Shown here: one piece after another, positions 1 to 13,255 of the stretch
Numbering within the stretch: the stretch's first letter is position 1
Layout of the letters: every line of letters starts with the position of its first letter
Origin: Antedon mediterranea
Taxonomy: Eukaryota > Animalia > Echinodermata
DNA: 64,000 nucleotides
Assembly: GCF_964355755.1 (NCBI RefSeq)
Contig: NC_092672.1
Location: 9,734,001 to 9,798,000, forward strand
Direction: 5' to 3'
Translations under genes and position numbers: made by a program
Notes under the pieces: generated by a model
Database searches by the model: none
What the model saw: only the letters and a program-made list of their open reading frames with translations
What the model was told of the DNA's origin: nothing

Positions 1-2044
1 AGAGGCATCTGTATACACACCCATTGCTTATTTTACATGGATATCCGTGTGTTATCATAACGCTTTCGATACGCCATTGCCTTGGGCGACTTGTGGAGAA
101 TAAGGAGATTATTACTAATACTATATTACAAGTCATTAAATATATATTTTGAGAGAGAGTGCTTGCTATGTGCTGTGTGATGATTAACTATTAAATAATG
201 TACTGATTCGTATCATGTTACGATGACAAGCTTTAAGTAGGCCTACATCATACACATCATATTTTAGCCTAGTAACGATGTCTATATCCTTATATCGTCG
301 CATTCCAGCTGTTTATTCAAACCGAATAATATATTTTATACTTTTCTTTGAAATAATTACATTTTTTTCGTACATATATTTTCTATTTATGTTCTATCCC
401 GCCGATAGAACTAGTTACTATGCATAATATCATTCATATCAGAAATGTTAAGTAGCCTCCTGTATGGAATTTTAGTAACAGTAAATTGTTATACACTATG
501 AAGTAACATACACATTTTAGCTTAGTTGTGATAACCAATGACACGGCTCGGCTTCATTCTAAAAAAGGCATTTTGGAACACAATGGCTTGTTCATTACTA
601 AACTTTATATTGAAAATCCTAAACGGGCGATCGCTTGCTGCTGCTGGCGGTGCTACGTAAAAAGTCATATCCAGATTTAGTTGTTCAGAAAAAAATCCCT
701 CAAAGGGGGCAGCAAACACATTCACCGACTTTTGATCTTCCTGTGTAAGAATAAATAAACAAGAATATTTCTTACAAAAAACGCTGCTCACTTATTGTTA
801 TTGCTAAGGTCAAGTCTGGGGGTCACTTCATCAAGCCTAGATACTTCAAGTATCCTATTACAAACAAAAACTTCAATGAACTGTTTTGATAATAATTAAA
901 TGATTATCTCACAGTGAATTATAGTAATATCATGGGACTCATAAATACCAGAAATGCTTTGGGATTTGTCATTAGACTCTTTTTCCAGCCGTTTTTTTGG
1001 ATTCAACATGTGGTAGGCCTACCTATAAATTATAGTCGAGTTTCCATTTTAACAAAAATGTCAAAGTGTAGTACTATACTGCTGCTTGATTTCATCTAAT
1101 GAATGAGTCATCTCGTGTGACGTAGCGGGCTAGAGCAGCAGCGTGAAAATATAATAAAGATCACCTACTGTAAACAGACTGAAACTGAGAATGCAAAGTT
1201 AGCTACCTCTGTGAAGTAACTTTTTCAGTTTAGTTTTTTGTGCTGTCTGGATGAAATTAATAGAAAGCCCAAAATGAAACGAACCCTTTCTCCCGTTATG
1301 TCAAACAATGTATAAATTGCTACATGTGTATTTCGCTTGTATTTGCTTCCATTCCTTTATTTTCAGCAATGTTACGAATTGCCCATATATTTTTTTGTGA
1401 TCTTGATGTCAATTAAATTTAATTTTTCGTTGAAATTTCGTTGAAAATTGAACAATCTAAATATGTTTCAATTGCCGCATTTTCCATTCAAACTACAGCA
1501 GACGATTAAAGGAAACAGTTTACTCAGTTAAAGTGTAATTGGTGAGTATGATCAAACTGGCACTTCTGTACGGCCATAAACCTACGTGATTTTAAATCGC
1601 GGAAAACACACATATTATGCCACCAATAATACTTTTTGTTGAAAACGGACTGGAGATTAATTACAACGATGTATCAACCATGTAGGCTATTCTGAATCTT
1701 GCAAGTTGCCAAGTTTTCATTTCGTTTATCGATTTAAAAAATGCTTTAAAAAACTACAGATATGACAAAAACATATACAGAAACATATACAAGAACCAAA
1801 CTTGAGAAATACGAAACTAAGTGGAATGACTTTTGGTAGGCGTGTCTTTCCTGGTACACATCATTTACACTGCAAGCGCTCTAGAATCTACTTATCAAAG
1901 ACAAAAGGTAAGTTATATCATGTTTCAACGGTTTTTTTTTTATTCTTAATAGATTAAGATTAATTAATAATAAAGATAATGAAATTACACATAATATTTT
2001 GGGATTATAAAATGAGATTTAGTTAAAGATTGTATTTTATTGTG

Positions 2045-2860
2045 AATTATTATGTACAGACAACAATACCTAATTTTCAGAAGATAAAATAGAAATTACC
2101 AAAGGATTCGGAATTATCGTTAAAATTGGGGTTTAGAAAAAGATGAAGATTTAGTTAAGCTCTTATTTTTATTGTTTTTGTTAATTTCGTTTTGATTCTT
2201 TTCGTTTATTTTTTAACGATTTTTTTTGTTTCTTTTAAATTTGTGTCGTATTAAGATGAATATGAAAAAAATAATTATATAATGTTTACTTGTTCAAGAT
2301 ATGGAATAGCATTGGTTATCTAAAGTAAAAGATATTTTAAATAAAGCAAATTATATAGACAATTAAATCCAGAACCAACTAAATGAATAAAGCAATCTAT
2401 AAATAATAAGCAATAAGATTTTTTTTATTTTTTTTTTATTTCAATAATATTTTATGAGGGTGGTCTATCCAGCATCAGCTGATCATTAGGGACCTACAAA
2501 CAAACTTTCTAAACAGAAAATACAAAATAAACTATAAAAACACAAACTTAAAAAAGATGAAAAAAATAATTTTTAAATTATTATGTACAGACAACAATAC
2601 CTAATTTTCCGAAGATAAAATAGAAATTACTAAAGGATTCGGAATTATCGTTAAAATTGAGGTTTAGAAAAAGATGAAGATTTAGTTAAGCTCTTATTTT
2701 TATTGTTTTTGTTAATTTCGTTTTGATTCTTTTCGTTTATTTTTAAACGATTTTACTAAAGTAAAAGATATTTTAAATAAAGCAAATTATATAGACAATT
2801 CAATCAAGAACCAACTAAATGAATACAGCATTTTATAACAAATAATAAGCAATACGATTT
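2045..2860. repeat. Local direct duplication of ~370 bp (2045-2420 and 2576-2860, second copy internally deleted)
   Basis: Two near-identical blocks both start AATTATTATGTACAGACAACAATACC. Between them is a poly-T-bounded retroelement-like 3' tail (~2420-2500). Confidence 0.85.
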
Positions 2861-3161
2861 TAAAGAGTGTTACAGAAAAAAAACACCCAATAAGCAAGAG
2901 TGTGTAATGGAACCGGCCCCGAAACTTAAACCATTTTTATTTGGTAAAATTGATTTTAAGAGTATTAAATTAAAGTTTAAAGCAAGCTTTAGCTAGTGAG
3001 ATCTTGAGAGTTGTAAAAAAAGTTTAAAAAATAAAACAGGTTTATGCTCGTTTATTTTGTAATTCATCTTAACAAATAAATAATATTGTATAGGGCCTAC
3101 TAAGTTGTTTTAAATCCTTATTTAAAACATTCATACTTTCTATTGCAGTTTAAAAAAAAAC

Positions 3162-6100
3162 ATGTCTTCAACTCAAGAAAACATTGTACGTTACGCATAC
3201 GCCAAGAAGGTACAAACACGTGTAGGAGTTTCCCTAACTCTTTCATCCATATCAAATATTATTTTAGGTATTGTGGCAGTTAAATTACCAACACTCGATT
3301 ATGCCTTTCTTGGCATTCCAGTATGGTCCGGAGCAGTAAGTAATTTCTTTTAAAAACAATAATGTAGGCCTAATCATTAAATTCATACACGATTAATAAT
3401 ACAAATAAAGGAATCTTTCCGTTGGTCGTCGTTCCGTGATATGAGATTGACATAAATATTATATTTATATTTAGGTAATTCTATATAAATATATATATAT
3501 TTATATTAGGTCACTTCATTAATAGTCCAGATTTCCGTTTGGGATTCATTTTAATCTGATATAATAGAGGACACATCAAAATTCCAATTTAAGGTGATTT
3601 ATACAAATAGAAGGTCTGATAATTTACTATGGTCTAGTTTATAGTATAAATAATTGTAGTTAAAATGCTTATCTTAATTTTACCTAACTAATTATCGTTT
3701 CTTAGGAAATCCTGATAATTGTACACCAATGTTAATGTACCTTCAAATATTTTAGGTAAATTTGATAGCTGGAACACTCTGTTGGTCTGCTGCCAAAGGC
3801 ACCATTAAATGTCTTGTGAGTATTTTTGGATTTTGTAACACTTAAGTAGATTCTGGTTGAAATACGTTATATTATTTTCACTCGGCTTCGTCTCGTGAAC
3901 ATATAGCCTTTCATCTTTCCCCTCGTTAAATTATTTGCCCCATAAGCATTCATTATTTGTATACTATCTAGGCCTACATCAATTGTATTCAAATTATAGC
4001 AGTGTTGTTGCATTGGTAAAATGATCCTATGCCTAACATTAATCTAGTGAATTAAACGCGCATCTATTGGGAAACCATCCAATTCTGCAGCGGTCAGTAG
4101 GTAGAGTCTCACTAACTATCGCAAGTCATCTAGATACGTGTCTGGCTGTATTAAATAAAGACTATATCCTATTATCAGCTGCAGAATCGGGCGAGGAAAC
4201 TCAAATTATATTGTTACAATCAGGCCTGTTTTACTTGTTATGTCGTAAAACCGTTATAGGCTACACAATTATCATACGAATCTCTAGTTGGATGTTCATT
4301 GAAATTGCAATCCTGTAGGCCTAGGAAAGACTTTGAATGATTTATTCCGTTAATTTCTTTAACATAGAGATGTTTTAAACTGAAAACGGGATACAAATTA
4401 ACAACAAAACGAATTATACATTTAAAATAATGAATAAAGTATCAATGTAAATGTAAACTTATTTGTGCAAGCTGTAAATAAAGGTATACACATTCTGATC
4501 TTAACAAATGTAGGCAAATAATTGAAGACCTCTTCTGTCTAACATTTCCTTATAAACTCCGAGTAATATGTAAAGTATTTATGCAATAATGAGTAAGATG
4601 TTATTTTAGTTCTCTCTAATGAGAGATTGTTTTCAGTATAATTAGGGCCTATCTATATTAATTTGATTCATGCTCTAATAAGTGTAGGACGCCCTTGTAC
4701 AGTAGACTCTGATTTGAAGAAAGGAAGATAGACAAAAAGTTACATAGATAGGCTACTTTTGTTTTTGTTCAGACTCTCGGTGGAATCAGCATGAGTATCA
4801 TCTCGATTGTATGTGCTACAATTCAAATCATATCAATGGCATTAGCTGCTAACAGTGAGAAGTACTTAAATGAGTATTGCCTGTATTCTGATTCTTACCG
4901 CTACTACCGATATGATGATGACAATGATAGATGTGTAAGAAATTATGAATTAACATATCTTTAGCACCATCGGTACTAGACAATACCATAATGTTTACAC
5001 TTTATGTGACAAAAAGTGATATGCCATGGTTTTGGGGCACATCACACTTGTTTGTCAAAAGTGTATAGACATAGCTTTAGATCCTTAAAAAATAATAACA
5101 ACTAGACAAATTTATAAGCGGAGGTCCAATAGCTTGTTTAGAGAGCTCCCATTGCCATGTTTCTACACACTCAGCACACCAACTTTTTTTGTTAGCTAAT
5201 ACCCTTAGACACAATAATCACGAGGTGTGCCGTTGCAAATTTACTGCGGCCATCTTGAAATCCAAGATGGCGGCAAAAATGGCCGCCTTTTTATAGTGAT
5301 GCACTTTATTGTTCATAACTTAATAAATATTTGATGTATTTTGTTGAAATTAATGTTGATTAATAGTTAATTACATTATCTATTTAATAAAATATTTTTA
5401 TTTTAACTTTATTGAAATTATATTACTTTTTTAAAGCAAAAATGTATAATTTTGGCAAAAAAATCAGCAAAATCTGTGATATGCGATATTTATTATGTTA
5501 ATTAAGACAAGAAGCCATAATTATTTTTTTTTTCAGATATGCAAAAAAACTGACCCAATATATACTAGAAATAATGTGTAAACTACATGTGCTTGTGAAA
5601 AGGCAAACATAAGTTATTAACGATTACGTTTAGTTACTTGTAACAGGGATTTAATAATGTTTAGTAAAATTGTGAAGTTGAGGGCGCTATTTATGTAAGA
5701 TACAGGTACTCTATTTTCGGTTGTAACTCATTAAATACATAACCGTTTATGATGAAAATTGATTTATTTTATAGATAATTAAACCTTCTTTCTTATTAAT
5801 TATTTAAAAGTTATGTTAGATAATAAATACCTATGAAAAATGTGCAAAAATCAACAAAAAAATTGAGCCTCATTTCTAAAGAACAATATCATACTCAAAC
5901 TCAGAACATGATGTAGTTGGGGAGCCAGAAAGGGTTTACCTGCAACCTCTAGCAAACTATGCCAAACATTTTTTTTGCTTCCTTATATCAAAACAATTTT
6001 TTGGTATTGGCCGAAAAAATTGGGATGCTTGGTCAGTACAGGGGCCAAAATGTCAATATGGTCAAAGTTAAGACTGTGCGTAACTTGGTAAGTACTACTG

Positions 6101-9100
6101 GGTGTATTGGAATATTTGTTGGGCCCAACTACTCAGAAGACTCATATTTCTATTCACTCTAATAGGAAACTTTTGCCAAAAGTGGCCATATGAATATCTC
6201 CACAACCACTGGTCAGAAAGTGATAATTGTGGTCTCAAATTGCTCGCAAAGTATATATTTATATTTGTTCTAATATAATAAAAATCATAAAACTGTCAAT
6301 AAACCCCTAATTTTGACCTTTGACATTTAGCCGGCACAAACATTCTGGGTTAGAGCACACTTTTCATATCTCAGAAATTGTTGGGTGGATATGGTCGTAG
6401 TTGGTGTCACAATACTCAGAAGATACATATTTCTACTCACTTTAGTGGAAAACTTTTGCCAAAATTGACCGTGAAACTTTCTTTTTGACCATTAGTCAAC
6501 AACCACTAGTCAGAAAGTTATAATTTTAGTCTCAAATTATTCGCAATATATATACAGGTATTTATATTTGCTCTAATACAACAAACACCTTATTTTGACA
6601 TTTAACCTGGTACAATAGCTGGTACAAACAATTTTGTGTGGAGCACATTTACATTTTTAATAACTAGTGAACATTGTCTTGCTTTAATATCAACATATCA
6701 GTGACTGTTGAGTATGGTACCGTAAATCTTCTTTTTAACCCTTGGTTATTATTCTTTGATTGTTTTTAGGGTGGGTTACTATTAGAAGTGGGGTAGCTAT
6801 TAGAGTAGTGGGTTACTATTACTAATCTTAAATTAGGCACCTGAAAATAGTAGCCCACCCCCTACTTTTCCGGTCAGCAACACATAGCAAAATAATAACA
6901 CAGTACGAATAAATAAATTTGGTTGAACTCTAACTTATTTTATCAACTCAAAACACTCAATCCTCCACCACTCTCGAGATCAACATGCATTATCTCCTTA
7001 TTTTCAAAATAGGACTGCATCATAAGTTTTTGTGACTCTAATAGTAAACCCCATTGGTTAATATTAGATCAGTGGGTTATTATTATTATAGATTGACTTA
7101 TAAGGTGGGTTACTATTAGAGTGTGGGTTACTATTAGGGTGTGGGTTACTATTACAGGATTTACAGTATACTATGGATACTTTGTATCGGAAGTCATAAA
7201 GTAGATACAAAATTCTATTCATTCTAAAGCCTAAAAAAAAATAGTTTGTTTGCTGTCATCCGCCGCCCCTAATTTCGCCAAAAATTTGGGGCGGAGATAA
7301 GAAAAAGTGTTTTTTTACGTTGAGGGCGCTTTTTAAAAACAGTTTTTTTAATGATTTTTTTGGCCGAAAAGGTGTAAAAATCGAAGGTGCGAGGATGAAA
7401 CAATAACAATAATAACGTAGCGTATATTTCGGTGTATAATCGTACTTTTGACACGCAAATTTAACCTCTAAATTAAGGGTGCGTCTTATACACCGAACAT
7501 AAATGCCTCAACACACACTCCGGTAAATGCTATACAGTAATACATATTTTTAAACCATAACAAATCAAAGTAACTGTAGTATAATACTATATATTATCTA
7601 TATATTATGTTATAAAGAAAATTGTTTATTTACTCGTCCTCTTTTTTGTTGAAATCACTAACTTATAATAATTTATAACTAATATTAATTAAAAAGCTTA
7701 CCATGTTTGTTATGACATTGTACAGTAAACCTTAAACTTCATACTACTCAGTATATGTGATTTTAATTAAAACTAAACATTAATAATTTAACAATTCTAA
7801 AAAACTTAGGTTTGTTTTATCAAAAAAAAAATTATTTTTACTGATATAACGAAGCAAAAAAACATTAACATAGTTTGCTAGAGGGTGCAGCTGAACTCTT
7901 TCTGGCTCCCCAACTAGTGGGGCATTTCGTATTTAAAAGAACACTGAAAATGTTACCATTACCATACATAAGGTTATGCTGACTGAACAAACCACTGTTC
8001 AAGTTAAATAAGACATTATTTTCCAAATGCTCGATATGAGAAAGGGCACATCATTCAATGTTTTGAAATGTACGTAAAAGAAATGAAAATAATAAAAGTA
8101 AATCTGTTAATACTCATCAATCATCAATACGTTATGATGCACAAGCCAAGAGTTGTTGCTAATTCCAATATAACAACAATTCAAAATTCACAAATCAACC
8201 AAAATCAAGTAAAAAAAGGGCAATAATTAAATGAAATTGGGTATTTTTTGTCTGTACAAATTTCTCTCATTTGCGTTACTCTAATACTAGTACTCACTAC
8301 AAATAGGACAATCTATTCAACTTCATTTAGTACACTTTGTTCAATTGCACATTACGACAAGTGCTCAAAAGTGGGTTGCAAAATCAAACAAATTTTGAGT
8401 TTTATATATGTCACAGGTCAATAACTATACTTCCTCTCATTTTTTAAACAAATCTTCCATTAAGCAGAATAGTAACATATATATTGTGAACAATCTGACA
8501 CCAAAATGAACTATCCACGTCAACCCAATAATGAGATATGGTAATTTGCCTGAAAAACAGATCAAAGGTCAAATACGATATTTCTGGTCATTATTTGAGA
8601 AAAAACTTCATTATAGTAAATAGAAATGTTTATGTTCTGAAAATTTTGACATCTAAGTCAACTCTCAATGACAAGTAGTTTTATGGATATCAAAAGATAT
8701 TAACCTTAATACAGTTGGACATTGCACCATAAAGGTCAAAGGTTAAAACTGGTACTTCCGGTCATTTTTTTCAAAAATACTTTATTAGAGTAGTTAGAAT
8801 TGTTTATGTTTTGAACACTTTTAGCTAAAAATCAACTCTCTATGCCCAGTAGTTTCAGAGATATTGAGTTTTTGAGCGAAAATGTCCGCCAATTTAAATT
8901 ATGCAAATTAAGTGACCCAAGGGATCATTTTCCGTGACGCCCATCCAAAAATCAATTCGTATAGGATGGGCAATCTGTATACCAAATTGGGTGTTTTTGG
9001 AAAAAACTGAACCAAAATGTCCCTAACAGACTCCACTATGCTAGTTGTTGATTGTGCTAATTTAAGGCCAACAAAAGATACGTTAGTGTCACCATGGAGG

Positions 9101-12100
9101 TATTTTTTACCTCCATGGTGTCACGTCCAGCTATTAGAGAACCATGACTTAAATACTTTTTTAAAATTTATTTATTGTTCGTTCAATTTTCTATCAAACT
9201 CATCACGATCGTCATTCGTTTCACGGTATATACACTTACTGTACATATATATTTAAAAAATCAAATCCTGCAGGTTAAACTATTTCTTTTTAGCTTACAA
9301 TAATATGATACAATTTAGATTTACACAAATAATACATTTTTCATATGTATTTATTATCTAACATGCCTTTTAAATAATTAAAAAGGAAGAATGTTTAATT
9401 ATCGATAAAATAAATCTATTTTCATCATAATCGGTTAAGTATTTAATGAGTTACAACCGAAAATAGAGTATCTGTATCTTACTTAAATAGCGCCCTCAAC
9501 TTCACAATTTTACTAAACATTATTAAATCCCTGCTACAAGTAACTAAACGTAATCGTTAATAACTTATGTTTGCCTTTTCACAAGCACATGTAGTTTACA
9601 CATTATTTCTAGTATATATTGGGTCAGTTTTTTTGAATATCTGAAAAAAAAAATAATTATGGCTTCTTGTCTTAATTAACATAATAAATATCGTATATCA
9701 CAGATTTTGCTGATTTTTTTGCCAAAATTATATATTTTTGCTTTAAAAAAGTAATATAATTCCAATAAAGTTAAAATAAAAATATTTTATTGAATAGATA
9801 ATGTAATTAGCTATTAATCAACATTAATTTCAACAAAATACATCAAATATTTATTAAGTTATGAACAATAAAGTGCATTACTATAAAATGGCGGCCATTT
9901 TTGCCGCCATCTTGGATTTCAAGATGACCGCAGTAAATTTGCAACGGCACACCTCGTGATTATTGTGTCTAAGAGTATTAGCTAACAAAAAAAGTTGGTG
10001 TGCTGAGTGTGTAGAAACATGGCAATGAGACATGTTAACGAAGCATCTTTTTGGCACTTGGACCTCCGCTTATTAAATTCATCAAAACTTAACACTGTAG
10101 GCCTACTTCCTACACACACACGATGACAATAAATAATAAAGCAGTCCTTGCAAAAAATGAATATACACAACCAAGCAACTACTTAAACGACCGATCAATG
10201 GATCTCCTTACAATGTTATTTTAGGAGAAAGAGATTGCCATAGATGTGGTATTGGTTCTTCATGGTATTGTTGAGCTTGGATTTTCGATTGCTGCCGTAA
10301 ATGTGTTGTCGCTCGATCTGTGTTGTCCTCCTCGACCATACCAGCAAATGCAAGTCAGTGGTTATGTTCAACATTATTTAATACCATAACCTATTCAGCA
10401 CTACAAACTGTCTACAAAACGAACGGTTTATGACTATTTCTTAATTAAAACACTTTACATAACGTCTTTTTATTTAAATACGAATACATTAAGAAAATAG
10501 TGCCAGCCTACAGACATACCACAAAGTATGTCTTAAAACAGTTTTCATACCAGTTTTCGAAACATATTATATATTTTTTTTATTTTTGTGTTTACAGTAG
10601 GCCTGCCTTATTTATTTATTCATTTATTAAAACAATACAATGATATTGTACATAGCATCGTAATCTATATTATGTTAGCTGTTATATTTAAATACGAATA
10701 CATTAAGAAAATAGTGCCAGCCTACCAAGATACCACAAATTATATCTTAACAGTTTTAATACCAGTTTTCCAAACATATTATTTATTTGTTTAGTTTGTG
10801 TTTACCGGCCTTATTTATATACGGTATTCATTTATTAAAACAATACAATAATATTGTACCTAGCATCGTAAAGCTATATTAATTATGTTAGCTGAAACGA
10901 ATTCACTAAAAAAGTAAAAAAACAACATCAAATTCGCCATATTAAATGATTTTTGACCGAATAAATAATAATTTTAATGTTTATCAATTCGATCTCTTAC
11001 AGTAGGTACTGCCCTTTCAAATGTTTCATATCATACTTTTATATTTTTTATTAAATTATTATTATTCCTTTCTTTTATAAAAATTTGAAATGTTGTTTAT
11101 GTATAATAATATGTATTCATTTGAATAATCGATTAATCAAGTTTTGATCAATATTACGATAATTATAGTATTAGGCTATTATATTACATTTGTCTAGGCA
11201 TCCTACACTCCTGGACAGCCAGTAGGAATACACGGTACCATACAATCAATGGAACCAGGTATATATACATATTTCTTTTTATTGCATTTTAAAAATTATT
11301 TACATGTTAGTTTATATATAACTAGCAATTATACCCGCCCCAGGGCGGGTTTCAAAATTAGTTTACAGCCTTCTCAGTACATAACACCCGACGCCAGTAT
11401 CTGTCTATACTCACCAACATCCACCCCTCAATAACACCCCATACTCTTTCTTAAAAACAAAATCTTCCCAGTGATGGACAAATTCAATTCAACCTAAGCT
11501 TCGAATTGAGAGGAGTATTCATAACTACGATGGGTCTAATAATGGTTGTAAGTACGTTGTAAATTGTGTAAATGAATAGGTGTCATATTGGCTGATAATT
11601 AAAATTTGTAATTTAGATACTGCTGGCACCCAGCCTTCTTTCTCCTTTCACCACCCCAGCCACCATCAACAAACCTTAACTCCTCCCCTGGACAGTTCAA
11701 ATTTAGTAACTTTTCCTAGTACAAACCAATCATATAGGCTACTTCATTACGCTAGTATTTTCGCTCCTCCTCCCCCTACAAAAAACACACCCCAGATACA
11801 CTGGGTGATCTGTTGAAGCCGGTTCCAGTACAATTTATATTATTATCACTCCCAACCCATAATCCCTCAGTGGCAGTTTTCAAATGTAGTTTAAAACATT
11901 CCAAATACAGTTTCGGTCATGGTGATAGGCCTACATGTACATCCCCACCCCAAACTCCCATCCGCTTCCCAGGGATGATTAGATACTTTAAAAGTTTCCA
12001 ACCACAATTCTGCTGTAAGCAAAATCCCCACTCTCTCCTGAAACCAAACTCCCAAACCCTATCTCCCAACCCCACTCTCCCACAATGTACGTTTTTTTCC

Positions 12101-13255
12101 TTGGAGGATTGGTGATGTAGTTGAACACAGTAACAGTAAACAACATGTGTATGTTCACACAGGTATGGATGTCTGTAATGAGGCAATCCAAGAGACCAAT
12201 AAATAGCTGGATATGGTTAAAGTACTTTGCTAAATATGTAATTGAATAGGTGTCATATTGTTTAATGAATAAAATATGTATATCTATATCTATATTTCCC
12301 CAAACGCCTTGCTGAGGATAATTCAAATACTGTAAAACTTTTGTAGTATAATTTTACAATTCGATAGCCTACAACCCCGAGCCCTAGCAAAAATGACATA
12401 ACAAACCACCACACAACCACCCCCCCACCCCCACCCATTCCACAAAAACCCCAGGAGTCGGGGGAATTTTTTAAAATGTAGTTTAAAACCTTCCGGGTAC
12501 AATTGCCATCATTTTGATACCCCATACGTATGGTTACGTGCAGACACAGACATTTTTATAACGAACAAACATCGAAAGTGGGGGTTTTGACCACATTTTG
12601 GTCCCTAACTTGGATCCTAGGCGGCGGATGATGTTGAAATATAGCTTAGAACATTCCCGGTACAATTGCGGTCATTTTGATACCCCATATGTAAGATTAT
12701 GTGCAGTAACAAAATTTTGTATAACGAACAAACAGACAAACAAACAAACAGACAAACTCTCTCACTTATAATATAGATAAATGTTATATTCTTTTTATTA
12801 TCAATTAATTATCTTCATTATTTTAATTGAATTTTAAACATATTTATGATAAAACAATGTATTTATTATTTAATTATGGTACGACAGAATTAGTATCAAG
12901 ATATTGGCGAGCTCTGATTTTCTGTTCATTTTGCAACACAGAAAGTAGATGAATGAATTACGAATGGTTTCGATTCATGTGAAACATTCACTTGCGTTGT
13001 GAGTTTGGAAATACTGTTTTTTGCGTACTGCAAATTATGCCCAAAATGTCAGCCTAAATATATGCATAGAGTTAAAACTATAGGTAATCTATTTAAAAAA
13101 GGTATTGACTTTATCTTTTAGTGTACCCTCAAGCACATGTGGTGGGTCAACCTAATCAGATGGTCATCCAACAAGATATTGCACCTTATGCTGCACTGAT
13201 ACACAATCCTGATGCACAACCGATTCAGACAACAGTACATCGATACACAAACTAG
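3162..13255 (+). CDS. MS4A/CD20-like four-transmembrane protein (239 aa, 6 coding exons)
   Basis: Exons 3162-3335, 3756-3815, 4773-4934, 10225-10353, 11198-11258 and 13122-13255 have GT-AG boundaries and consistent phase. There are four hydrophobic segments, a GIPVWSGA motif typical of MS4A TM2, a Cys pair in the second loop (EYC...DRC), a CC motif after TM4 and a P/Q-rich tail. A probable 5' UTR exon ends at 1907 (donor GTAAGT), with the acceptor at 3148. Confidence 0.8.
5914..7916. mobile_element. Nested non-autonomous TIR element with TAG...CTA termini (Academ-like)
   Basis: Imperfect ~78-bp TIRs: TAGTTGGGGAGCCAGAAAG... (5914-5991) and ...CTTTCTGGCTCCCCAACTA (7841-7916). An internal ~290-bp diverged tandem duplication spans ~6090-6650. 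The superfamily is inferred from the termini only. Confidence 0.6.
6720..7166. mobile_element. Tc1/mariner (Tc2-like) MITE
   Basis: TA|CCGTAAATC ... GATTTACAG|TA, with repeated subterminal GTGGGTTACTATTA motifs. A second Tc2-like end fragment is at ~7421-7496 (CGTATATTTCGGTGTATAA...GGGTGCGTCTTATACACCG). Confidence 0.65.
9086..9124. repeat. 25-bp palindrome flanked by 7-bp direct repeat (candidate transposon footprint)
   Basis: GTGTCAC|CATGGAGGTATTTTTTACCTCCATG|GTGTCAC. Confidence 0.8.
10470..10893. repeat. Tandem duplication, ~215-bp unit x2
   Basis: TATTTAAATACGAATACATTAAGAAAATAGTGCCAGCCTAC starts at 10471 and again at 10686, each followed by similar sequence. Confidence 0.8.
11322..12777 (-). 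mobile_element. Non-autonomous Helitron
   Basis: On the - strand it has a 5' TC(TATATTATAAG), a (TTTG/TCTG)n microsatellite, the GC hairpin ACCCGCCC-TG-GGGCGGGT (11333-11350) a few nt before a 3' CTAG (11322-11325), and insertion between A and T with no TSD. Confidence 0.85.

Larger units (their letters stand above)
5117..10070. mobile_element. Non-autonomous foldback-type DNA transposon with ~730-bp terminal inverted repeats
   Basis: 5117-5843 is the reverse complement of ~9334-10070, with scattered substitutions and one diverged patch near the tip. Termini are AGCGGAGGTCCAA / TTGGACCTCCGCT with TA on both sides. No transposase ORF. It lies in MS4A-like coding intron 3. Confidence 0.85.

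Noticed and set aside
11580-12525. Cluster of 80-110 aa ORFs
   Set aside because: They lie inside the Helitron's C-rich low-complexity interior and show no protein motifs.
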